A DNA stretch of 64,000 nucleotides from Candidatus Iainarchaeum sp. (lineage in GTDB: Archaea > Iainarchaeota > Iainarchaeia > Iainarchaeales > UBA10191). The stretch is from positions 1 to 64,000 of the forward strand of contig JAUSFL010000008.1 in assembly GCA_030649735.1 (NCBI GenBank). Direction: 5' to 3'. Under the pieces are notes generated by a model. That model searched no databases. It was not told the origin of the DNA and saw nothing but the letters and a program-made list of their open reading frames with translations. A program made the translations under genes and the position numbers. Of this stretch, positions 19,391-27,607 are shown in pieces; the first letter of the stretch is position 1; each line of letters starts with the position of its first letter.

Positions 19391-20707
19391 TTAACTGAAG
19401 GCAGCCTTAATTTCAGGAATTTCCATCAAAATGGATTCTGCTATTTTGTTGTCAAGGAAAAAAGAATCGCCAGTTAGGAATGGCTCATTAAGCGGGAATG
19501 GCTTCACGGCATGGCCGCCCAAATTCAATAAAAAAGCCTGGTTGAAAACCACTCCTGTTTTGGAATATATTTGGCTTAAGTCGCTTAAATCGCCTTCAAA
19601 ACGCGAATGCGACCCGGTTTTTGTGGAATTCTGTAATTCAGTGAACAATTTGCTGGTTTTTTCAATGTCAAGCTGGAAAATTTTTGCTTTAGGGTTTTTC
19701 ATAACAAACTTGCGCAAGCTTGTGACTGATTTGTCAGGGGCTGAAGCAAGGAGTAATAAATTGTGCGGGAGTTGATCAATTACGTTTTTTCGCAATGCAT
19801 CATCCAATGGCAAAACAGCAAAAAACCCAGAAAGGTCTAGAATGCCTAAAAATGCAGATTTGGAGTCTTTGTTGAATACAAATGCAAATCTGTCAACAGC
19901 GCTTGAAATTTCAGGCTCTGGGCCTTTGAGATATTGGAGCGGCTCAAAAAGCTTCTCTAATTCCAAAAATTTAGGGTCTGTTTTTTTCATGCTGAAATTG
20001 TTTTTAGCCCCAAACCCATCAGAATGAATCTCAGTGTCTTTTCCACCTACCCAAACATTGAAATAACAAAAATCCCCGCAATTAGAATCTGGCCCAAAGT
20101 CAGCGGCTAAATCTTTCTTAATTGAAACTTTCTCTGCCGGAACTTGCTTTGCAATTTTAATTGCTTTCTCAAAAAGGTCTTCAATTGTCTTTTTGTCAAC
20201 AATAATTTGATTTTTGCTGTGGAAAATTCCAGCCCGATCAAGGGTGAATGCTTTTCTTGTATGCTCACATTCGCCTCTTCTTCTAGTGCCTTCGCTGAAA
20301 GAAATAAAATCTCCAGCGTTCCCGCGACTTTTCCTAAGCTCTTCAATGCTTAAAATTCCAGAATTCTCAAGAGCTTCAACAATCTTGAAGAATGAAGGAA
20401 CTGCCTTTCCTTCAGAAAGCAAAAAGTAGATATTTTGCTCTGAAAAACCCTCTAGAAAAATGCAGGCATAACTCATTTCTTTTAAAGTATTCTCGATTGG
20501 CTTTTCACTTGTTTTTGAAGACAATGCTATTTTTCCTAAATTTGAAAACAAGCTTTCAGACTGTTTTTTCTCAAGAATTCCGCAAGATGAAATCCCAAAA
20601 TAAGAAAGTCCGGCCCAGCTTTCTTGGTTTATTTCAAGCAAACTTTTTCTGTAAGCGCTAGAATTATCGCCAGCAACTCCAAATTGTGAATAAAAAACCA
20701 CTCTCAA
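19391..20707 (-). CDS. hypothetical protein
   Basis: 438-aa ORF, TTG start after a GGTG SD. Confidence 0.75.
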   Translation of the reverse strand: MRVVFYSQFGVAGDNSSAYRKSLLEINQESWAGLSYFGISSCGILEKKQSESLFSNLGKIALSSKTSEKPIENTLKEMSYACIFLEGFSEQNIYFLLSEGKAVPSFFKIVEALENSGILSIEELRKSRGNAGDFISFSEGTRRRGECEHTRKAFTLDRAGIFHSKNQIIVDKKTIEDLFEKAIKIAKQVPAEKVSIKKDLAADFGPDSNCGDFCYFNVWVGGKDTEIHSDGFGAKNNFSMKKTDPKFLELEKLFEPLQYLKGPEPEISSAVDRFAFVFNKDSKSAFLGILDLSGFFAVLPLDDALRKNVIDQLPHNLLLLASAPDKSVTSLRKFVMKNPKAKIFQLDIEKTSKLFTELQNSTKTGSHSRFEGDLSDLSQIYSKTGVVFNQAFLLNLGGHAVKPFPLNEPFLTGDSFFLDNKIAESILMEIPEIKAAFS

Positions 20708-20788
20708 GTTTCAGCACCTTAAACTACTTACTGAAAAGCAGGACTTTGGCATTAATATTTTTTTCTTTTCAAAAACCAATGCTTTTTT

Positions 20789-20995
20789 ATGCGAAAGAGC
20801 CATAACTTACAAATGAACAAAGCAGAAGTCAAGGCAGGGGATTCAAGGCAAGCCGCCTTTATTGCCCAAGTTGTTTTCAAGCAAACCCAGCAAAGCGCTT
20901 CAAGAATCATTGGCCAATTGCACGGCTTGACTGGCAAAGCAAGGGCAGTAAAAATGATGGAGTTAATGACTGGCCAAAAGACAGTAATTCAATAG
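20789..20995 (+). pseudogene. orphan copy of the C-terminal 55 aa of the 16694..17899 protein
   Basis: Colinear, 36/55 aa identical, identical end MELMTGQKTVIQ. Confidence 0.7.
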
Positions 20996-21001
20996 GCTGT
21001 T

Positions 21002-21583
21002 TCATTTTACTTTCAAATCATTCACTTTGTTGAACAATTCTTCCAAAAACTCGTGCACTGCCAAAAGCTTTTCGTCAATTGGAATTCTTGCATTGCTTTT
21101 TTCCGAAAGCCTTGCCTTAATTTTTAGCAATTCTTCTATTCTTTTAAGGTCTTGCCTAAAGCCGCTGGTTTTTTCGCCTTTCAAGTACAAAATGCCGCGA
21201 AGGATTTTCTTCAGGCTTTGAGGGATTGAATTGAACAATTCACGCTTTTCAAAAAACCCGGTATCCAAGAAAGCATGCCTGTACTGTATTAAAAACAGCA
21301 TTAGCTCGCGCTCTATTTCAAGCCTTAATTCTTTCTTGTCAAACTTGATTTTTTCAAGGCAGTTCTTGCCTGCCAAAAGCCTTGCTGTCAATGCAATCTG
21401 GAAAAGATAGTAAGGCATTGAATCAGTTGTTTTCTTTAGTTCATCCAAAGTCAAGATTGTCGTGAAAACTTTGGGATTGAATATTTTCTTGGCTTTCAAG
21501 GCATTTTTAAGCCTGAAGCTTTTCAGGACAATGAAATGCTTTTTTCTGAAAGTCCCGTATTCAAGAACGCATTCTGCATTCAC
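21002..21583 (-). CDS. degenerate nucleotidyltransferase-like protein, apparently 5'-truncated
   Basis: VLEYGT...FIVLK, ILTLDEL, ELRLEIEREL pattern; catalytic DxD absent. Confidence 0.5.
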   Translation of the reverse strand: MNAECVLEYGTFRKKHFIVLKSFRLKNALKAKKIFNPKVFTTILTLDELKKTTDSMPYYLFQIALTARLLAGKNCLEKIKFDKKELRLEIERELMLFLIQYRHAFLDTGFFEKRELFNSIPQSLKKILRGILYLKGEKTSGFRQDLKRIEELLKIKARLSEKSNARIPIDEKLLAVHEFLEELFNKVNDLKVK

Positions 21584-21890
21584 GGGAGAAAAAGTCTCAA
21601 TTAGTCCAAAGCTTGGCGGAAAAATAGAAGCATACGGCGGCTACATAACTGGAATTAATTTGGAACTAATTCCTGAAAAAAAGATAGTTCAAACTTGGCG
21701 CGCCAGCGACTGGTCTGAAGGCTTGGAGTCTAAAGTGATTTTTGAATTCGCGGAAGCCGCAAATAGAAAAACAACATTGGTTTTTACTCACTCCGGAATT
21801 CCAGCCGAACAATTCGAAGAAATCAAGAAAGGCTGGCAGCAATGGTACTGGAAGCCGCTCAAAAAGCATTGGAAAAAAATGCAAAAATGA
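21462..21890 (+). CDS. SRPBCC/AHSA1-domain protein, N-terminus apparently missing
   Basis: HSAFTG...GYITG.NLEL.P.KKIVQTWR...GWQQWYWKPLK; homology starts near 21570. Confidence 0.7.
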   Translation: MKTLGLNIFLAFKAFLSLKLFRTMKCFFLKVPYSRTHSAFTGEKVSISPKLGGKIEAYGGYITGINLELIPEKKIVQTWRASDWSEGLESKVIFEFAEAANRKTTLVFTHSGIPAEQFEEIKKGWQQWYWKPLKKHWKKMQK

Positions 21891-21897
21891 TTCTTTC

Positions 21898-23175
21898 TCA
21901 AATGAAGAATTTGAAAAAGAACCACTGGATTTGGGCAATAAAATCGTGCATTTGCACTGTAATGCCGCCAGACTTTAATTGATTTTTTGCTTCAGCAGCC
22001 TGGTCTGAAGCCTTGCTGATTGCATTCACCGCATTTTCAGTAATAGTGATTGTTCCGCGCGTTTGAGCAACTGGCGAAGTTGAAACCACGGTTTGGTTGA
22101 TTATTTTTACAAAGTATTTTTGGTCAGCGCCAGAGTTTGGCTTGTAAATAACGTCATAAACTCCATCGCCAAGTATTATGATTGAGGACGGCACTGTAAA
22201 GCTTGAAGAATCTCCTGAAGAGCATTCAACAAACATTTCCCTGAAAAATCCTGAAATGTCATAATCACAGTCTGCATTAACATTGCATGCAGGGCAGACT
22301 TGGCAATTATTGGCTGCTTTTTCGCAAGCAAGGCCTGTTTGTGGAGGGCCATTGCAGTAAAAGCCTGCCTTGCTGCCATTTACGCTAGTAGTGGCTGAAG
22401 CAGTTGGGTGAAAGCTCTTGCAGGATTCATTGCTAAAGTCAGTGTATCCAACACAGGTTTTTCCAAAGCTCTTGCAAACTTTATTGCCGGTGTTTTTTGA
22501 AGAGTCTGTTGAAGAAACAACGCAGTAAGTTTTTCCATTCACGATTTTGCAATCTGTTGGCTCGGCTTGTATTGGCGCCGGTTTTGGCTGGTCATTAACT
22601 GGCTGGGAATTGTTGAAAAAGAAAACCCCGTTCTGGCTTGAAATTTGAGAAGCCTGAACTCCCATGCAAGTTGCCAATTGGGTTGTTGTTTGAGAATTGC
22701 AGGGGGCATTTGCCACGCAATTAGTTGCCTGCCATTTATTGCAGCCTGGAGAGGAAGAGTCTGGAACGCATTTTTGAAAAGCAAAAGCGCTAGCGCAAGA
22801 AACTTGGTTTAATGCACAGTCATTGTAAGAACAAGAGGGGGCTTGGCCTCCAACAACAACAGGGCCTGATTCAAGATAGGTTGTATTGCTGCAGCGCACT
22901 TGATTTGCAGGGCCTGAGTGAGAAACCTGGCAAACAATGCTGCCAGTCTGTCCCGGAGTGTTGTTAGTGCATGACGTATTGTTTCCAAAAGTTGCTGTGC
23001 CGGTAATAGTCATTGCAAGCTTGCAAAAAGTCTGGCCTGCATTGACTGCATTACAGTTCACTTGGCCTTGGTTTTTGAAAACACACTGGTAATTTGCAGA
23101 GCTTGCGGAAACTGCAAAAAAGCTTAAAATCAGCAAAGAAATTAATAAAAATTGAAACTTATTCAAACAAAACAC
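21898..23175 (-). CDS. secreted cysteine-rich protein
   Basis: Signal peptide, many Cys, hydrophobic/aromatic C-terminus. Confidence 0.8.
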   Translation of the reverse strand: MFCLNKFQFLLISLLILSFFAVSASSANYQCVFKNQGQVNCNAVNAGQTFCKLAMTITGTATFGNNTSCTNNTPGQTGSIVCQVSHSGPANQVRCSNTTYLESGPVVVGGQAPSCSYNDCALNQVSCASAFAFQKCVPDSSSPGCNKWQATNCVANAPCNSQTTTQLATCMGVQASQISSQNGVFFFNNSQPVNDQPKPAPIQAEPTDCKIVNGKTYCVVSSTDSSKNTGNKVCKSFGKTCVGYTDFSNESCKSFHPTASATTSVNGSKAGFYCNGPPQTGLACEKAANNCQVCPACNVNADCDYDISGFFREMFVECSSGDSSSFTVPSSIIILGDGVYDVIYKPNSGADQKYFVKIINQTVVSTSPVAQTRGTITITENAVNAISKASDQAAEAKNQLKSGGITVQMHDFIAQIQWFFFKFFI

Positions 23176-23323
23176 CCCTCACTTTTAACAATGCATTCTA
23201 AAAGTTTAATAATTCCTCGGTTTTAAAGCACAAAAACACTCAATGATTAAACATAATTTAGATTTTAATTCAAAAACCCAAGAAAAGCCAATAATATAAA
23301 TAAAGAAAAGCACTACTTTTTGC

Positions 23324-23773
23324 ATGCCAGTAAACCGCTTGCGGAACAAGACCATTCGAAAAGCCACAAGAACAGTTAACACTGGCTTTGTTTTAAGGAA
23401 TGCCGGCAAAGGAAGCGCTTTTGCAGGCTTGGGTGCCGGAACAATGGCAATGCTTGAAAAAAGAAACCCAGTGCCTTTGGCAATTGCAGGCGGAGCAGGA
23501 GTTGGAACCGGGCTTCTATTGAACAAGATTGCGGGCAGAATTGAAGGAAAAATTGCGGCAAGGCTTGTTGGAAAGCCAAGGGCTGCAGCCTTAATTGCGC
23601 AAAACGCCAAAGACCTTGCCTTGAAAACAATGCTTGAAACACTCTCAAAAATAGATTACAGGAAAGTCAGCAAAACACAAAAAGAAGCATTGAGAAAATT
23701 GCTGCTTGGAACAGCAGACGCTACAGAAACAAACGTGGCGATTCGAATACTGAAAAAGCACTTGCCGCAATGA
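23324..23773 (+). CDS. basic protein with glycine-zipper-like hydrophobic hairpin
   Basis: GSAFAGLGAG and LAIAGGAGVGTG; leaderless ATG. Confidence 0.7.
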   Translation: MPVNRLRNKTIRKATRTVNTGFVLRNAGKGSAFAGLGAGTMAMLEKRNPVPLAIAGGAGVGTGLLLNKIAGRIEGKIAARLVGKPRAAALIAQNAKDLALKTMLETLSKIDYRKVSKTQKEALRKLLLGTADATETNVAIRILKKHLPQ

Positions 23774-23824
23774 GACGAAATTTCTGAGGCAAGTTTTTTA
23801 ATTCTGAAAAGCATAGGTTTTATC

Positions 23825-24154
23825 ATGGCTTCTTTCAGGCAACCAAGGAAAGTTCGAAGCGTGCGTAAAAACCCCGCGCAATTAATTCCCATTAAGCCCT
23901 TGTCAAGCCGAATTCCTTTAGCAATGCAGTCAGAGGTTAACCGATTGGAAAATCAAATAAGGCACTTGGAAGAAATGGGCTTGGATGCTGGCAGTTACAA
24001 GAATGCGCTATTGCGTGTCAAGGCAAATATTGAATTGCAAAAATCAAAAATGAGAAAACTCGCAAAACCTAGCGATGTTTTACGGGTGAAAAATGGAATT
24101 GCGCAAGCGCTTAACCGAATACTTGCTGAAAGAGCCAAGAACGAAGGCAAGTAA
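23825..24154 (+). CDS. basic hypothetical protein
   Basis: 109-aa ORF starting MASFRQPRKVRSVRK. Confidence 0.65.
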   Translation: MASFRQPRKVRSVRKNPAQLIPIKPLSSRIPLAMQSEVNRLENQIRHLEEMGLDAGSYKNALLRVKANIELQKSKMRKLAKPSDVLRVKNGIAQALNRILAERAKNEGK

Positions 24155-24593
24155 AAAACAATTGCCGGATGTGAAATTCCTGAGAGCTACTGATTTTAAG
24201 AAAAAGTTTACGTCGCTTGTTACTAAAACAGACAAGGAAGTTCTTATTCGTTGGGTTGTTGTTTGTGCTCGCCGCGTTCTTCCATACTTTGAGAAAAAGT
24301 ACCATAAAGACAAAAGGCCTAGAGTGGCTTTAGAAACAGCAAAGAAATGGTTGAAGGGTGGCTATGCAAAAGTTCCCTTTAAGGAAATTCGCAAGGCTTC
24401 TTTAGACGCTCACGCTGCAGCACGCGCAGCGCCAGAAAACAGCCAGGCAAGGTTTGCTGCAAGGGCTTGTGGGCAAGCTGTTGCAACAGTTCATGTAAAG
24501 ACTCATGCACTAGGGCCGGTTTACTACATTGGAAAGTTCAAGCCTAAAGAAATCGAATGGCAAATGAAGCTGCTTGAAAAATTTGCGGCTTAA
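24093..24593 (+). CDS. Imm5-like putative immunity protein (true start probably downstream)
   Basis: CARRVLPYFE...DKRPRVALE...AHAAAR...AARACGQAVATVHV.THA. Confidence 0.7.
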   Translation: MELRKRLTEYLLKEPRTKASKKQLPDVKFLRATDFKKKFTSLVTKTDKEVLIRWVVVCARRVLPYFEKKYHKDKRPRVALETAKKWLKGGYAKVPFKEIRKASLDAHAAARAAPENSQARFAARACGQAVATVHVKTHALGPVYYIGKFKPKEIEWQMKLLEKFAA

Positions 24594-25312
24594 TCGCTGT
24601 CTGTGTGGTATAAATTTCTGTAAATAGTTTGAGAATTTCCTTCATTAATTATTCCCAGTTCTGCATTAAAATTAGTAAAATATTGCTTATTTTTATCTAC
24701 TAAGGAAGAATAAGTTATTTTGCCGTTTAAGTCAATAATATTGCTAGTTATTTGAGCCCGCCCGAAAGAAACACTCCGAGTTGATAATATAATATCTGAG
24801 TCTTGCGGGAATATTGTAAAGTTGATTGGTTGTTCTCCACTATTATAACTGTTTTTGTTTTTTAAATTAAGAAAATTTGAATTCAATACTAATTTTGAGT
24901 TAGCGAAAACAAAAGCGGGGAATTTTCCTATATTTTTTGCATAAAATATGATCCTCATGTTTTTGTCTGATTGACTTTTGAAAAATTCGTTAATATATTT
25001 AGCGCAGGTAGAGTCATCCATTTCAACCGCACTTAAAAAACACTCGTGCCGTCCATCTGAAAAGGAATTAAACCGTACGCTGGCAAAACTGTAATTGTTA
25101 ATGGGCAATTGAAATTGGTAAGTTATTTTTGAAATTTCCAGCCACGGCCGATTTTCAGAATCAAATTGATTCTGAAGAATATTGACTTGGTCTTGAGTCT
25201 GAAGATTTGTCCAAACAGTACAAATCAGGACGCCAACAGTCAAAACTGCAATAATGTTATTTGGGTCTTGAAGCCAGTTAATGACTTTTCTTTTTGCTGA
25301 TTGACTAGGCAT
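24590..25312 (-). CDS. AT-rich membrane-anchored hypothetical protein
   Basis: N-terminal TM helix; atypical Asn/Ile-rich composition. Confidence 0.7.
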   Translation of the reverse strand: MPSQSAKRKVINWLQDPNNIIAVLTVGVLICTVWTNLQTQDQVNILQNQFDSENRPWLEISKITYQFQLPINNYSFASVRFNSFSDGRHECFLSAVEMDDSTCAKYINEFFKSQSDKNMRIIFYAKNIGKFPAFVFANSKLVLNSNFLNLKNKNSYNSGEQPINFTIFPQDSDIILSTRSVSFGRAQITSNIIDLNGKITYSSLVDKNKQYFTNFNAELGIINEGNSQTIYRNLYHTDSD

Positions 25313-25469
25313 GGTGATTACTTAACAAAAAACTATAATTTCTTAGCTTAAAAAACAACCCAATATTCAACATAATTATTGGGTAAAAATTTGAAGAATT
25401 TGGAGCATTCTCATTTCTTCAATCCGCTTACTACTTGAGGAAGCCTTTTTGGAATTTGATGAAATTATA

Positions 25470-25757
25470 TTAGAAAGGCTTAGCAACTTTCGCCTCATCT
25501 ACAATTATTTTATGGGAGAGAATCACAGATTTTACTTGTTCATGGAATTTCGTCATAGAAATATTTCCATTGCGAGCATTTGATAGTGCAAGAAACCCCT
25601 CTTCTTTGCTAAGATTTAAGCCCAATGCCATCGCACCCATATTGAAGCCAAGCTGTACTTTTAACTCTTCTGAAAGATCGTTCCAATTGTTCACTTGCGT
25701 GAAACGCAGAACTTGCTCACAAGCATGTTTAGTAAACTCTTCTTTTGTCAGCGCCAT
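25470..25757 (-). CDS. hypothetical protein
   Basis: 95-aa ORF with upstream TATA-like element. Confidence 0.7.
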   Translation of the reverse strand: MALTKEEFTKHACEQVLRFTQVNNWNDLSEELKVQLGFNMGAMALGLNLSKEEGFLALSNARNGNISMTKFHEQVKSVILSHKIIVDEAKVAKPF

Positions 25758-25809
25758 TTATGAATTGGGTAATATTTCTTTATAAAAGAAGTCCGCCAGA
25801 CTAAAATTA

Positions 25810-25872
25810 TACATAACCAAAATGCAACCTTAACCAACTGGTTTACTAAGAAAATAGGAAAGAACAAATTCA
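25810..25872 (+). repeat. dispersed intergenic repeat, copy 2
   Basis: Matches 19310-19371. Confidence 0.85.
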
Positions 25873-26018
25873 TTCTGGAAACGCGCCAAAATACGTCTAA
25901 TTGCTAATTCTTGCAACCCTAAAGCGACCGTAGAGAACTCTATTTTTCGCGCGTTCGTCGATTCTCTACATTTTACCCCATTCTAGCGCAAGCCCCGAAC
26001 CCCCCTAAGACCCCTATT

Positions 26019-26046
26019 TTGAGGTATAATCATCATTATACCGAGT
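26019..26046. other. candidate dif-like Xer recombination site
   Basis: TTGAGGTATAA-TCATCA-TTATACCGAGT: 11-6-11 layout with inverted inner arms, intergenic. Confidence 0.55.
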
Positions 26047-26149
26047 CCCATAGAGGGGAGTTTTTCAAAAAGCCTTGTTTTTTTGAAATGCGGTAAAACA
26101 CCAAAATAGTGGAATTTTCGCGCGCGCGAAAAAAAGCCGAGAGCGGCTC

Positions 26150-26195
26150 AAAATGGCTTGAAAATGGCTTCGTAAGATGGCTTTGAAAGATGGCT
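26150..26195 (+). repeat. four short tandem repeats AARATGGCT
   Basis: Copies at 26150, 26161, 26174, 26187. Confidence 0.8.
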
Positions 26196-26258
26196 CTGTT
26201 ATGTAGTTGGTGTGGTTTTTGGGAAAGTTTTAAATTCCAAAAATGCCTGCTAAACTGC

Positions 26259-26618
26259 ATGCTCAAGCGCGCAGGAAACTGGCTCAAAACCCAAAAGCAC
26301 AAATTCAAGTCTTTGCGGGAAATTCAAAAACAAATTGGGCAAGTAAGAACTGAAAATGGAGTAGTAATTGGTCTGAAAGATGGTGGTTCAGTTCCGGCAG
26401 TAAAAATGCTCAACCTAGCAATTCATGCAAGTTATTTGCCAGCGAAAACGCGCAGGAACGAAATAATCAAATGGGTTAATCAAATTAAACTACATTTGAT
26501 TGCTTCAGAAGCATCAAAAATCCCTAGACCCCCATATCAAGAAAAAATGAGGGAAATTAATGCGTATGCGGAGCAGCTTGTTGCTGAATCTTTGCGGATG
26601 GCTGACTTGAAAAGTTAG
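26259..26618 (+). CDS. hypothetical protein
   Basis: Leaderless ATG about 30 nt after TATA ttttaaat (26228). Confidence 0.65.
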   Translation: MLKRAGNWLKTQKHKFKSLREIQKQIGQVRTENGVVIGLKDGGSVPAVKMLNLAIHASYLPAKTRRNEIIKWVNQIKLHLIASEASKIPRPPYQEKMREINAYAEQLVAESLRMADLKS

Positions 26619-26803
26619 GCACTACAAATTTGCGGAGCATTGTTTTGAAAGAAAATAATTAGGCACTACATTTTTTAAAACTTTAAAACCCAAAAAATTA
26701 AAGAAATGAGAGAGTTTATTGCTCCGCAAATTGAGTTATGTAGTTGTGTGGGGGTTGGGAAGAATTTTTATATTCGCAAAACTTAAATAATTAGGTTGTT
26801 TTT

Positions 26804-27163
26804 TTGGGAAAGCCAAGTTTAAACAGAAAGCGTTTTGAGCGTTTAGGAGTTAAAGTTTCCAAAGCTTCTAAAGTTAAGCACCCGCAAGTTTTTCCAGTGA
26901 AAATACTGCTTGAATCAAGGCTTGCCTTCATTGAAAAGATAGAGAAAGAAAAAGGGCTGCCAGAGGCATTAAGTGCCTGCAAGGGGCTTTTAGAATCTAT
27001 TTCCTTTAGGCGAATAAAACCGGGTGAAGATTTTTCATCACGAAAAAAAAAGCTTCCAAGATTGCCTTTCTCTCGCGAAGAGCTTCTTTTCATGCGTTTT
27101 AAACTAAAGCAAAAATTAACGCAATTGGAAAGAGCAAGCGGCTTAAAGGCCAGAAAGAGTTAG
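26804..27163 (+). CDS. basic hypothetical protein
   Basis: 119-aa ORF, TTG start, MGKPSLNRKRFER. Confidence 0.6.
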   Translation: MGKPSLNRKRFERLGVKVSKASKVKHPQVFPVKILLESRLAFIEKIEKEKGLPEALSACKGLLESISFRRIKPGEDFSSRKKKLPRLPFSREELLFMRFKLKQKLTQLERASGLKARKS

Positions 27164-27339
27164 GTACTACAATTTTTAAAGCCCGGAAAATTTGAGAAAC
27201 GAAAAAATATTGCTCCGCAAAAAAAGAGCAATTATGTATGTTGCTTGGCGTAAATTGTTAGCAATCTAAATCCCGCATTAAAGCAATGGTTTGTTTTGTT
27301 AATTGAAAATTCTTAAATTCTAGTATGATTTATTTAGTT

Positions 27340-27587
27340 GAGCCAGAAGCCAACTAGTGGACAGTTCGGTTGTCCTGGAAAGGATGTGACCATAAAAGCC
27401 TCTGTAAAGCATTCGGCTATAAATGCAATGACTGGACTATAACTCACTGCATGAAATCTGTGCTTTGTTAAGCGTTTTATGGCGCGTAGAAGATAACCTT
27501 AAAGTTTGAAGGCAGGTTAAGAACGACGCCTGAAAGCAACTTGAGGAACTTTCTACACCGAGTCCAGAAAATGTCGGTTTCTGGTTT
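27340..27587 (+). ncRNA. candidate structured RNA of unknown class with long-range pseudoknot
   Basis: ORF-free; promoter-like element at 27305-27318; terminal helix, nested helices and 7-bp CTGGACT/AGTCCAG complementarity. Confidence 0.65.
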
Positions 27588-27607
27588 TATACTTTAAAGG
27601 TCAAAGA

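Noticed and set aside
25869-25882. ORB origin element (ttcattctggaaac)
   Set aside because: Single weak match, no G-string, no cdc6 in the window
26243-26353. Frameshifted start MPAKLHAQARRK... for the 26259 gene
   Set aside because: TATA spacing fits a leaderless in-frame ATG at 26259, so no frameshift is needed
26150-27240. CRISPR array
   Set aside because: Repeats are short and degenerate, have no regular spacers, and no cas genes are nearby
27340-27587. RNase P RNA (rpp29 is present; minus strand has GAAAGTTCCTC and ACAGAGGCTT), SRP RNA, group I intron or lysine riboswitch
   Set aside because: G-U pairs and the promoter favour the + strand, and the conserved regions are missing or in the wrong order and spacing. 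Still worth a cmscan.
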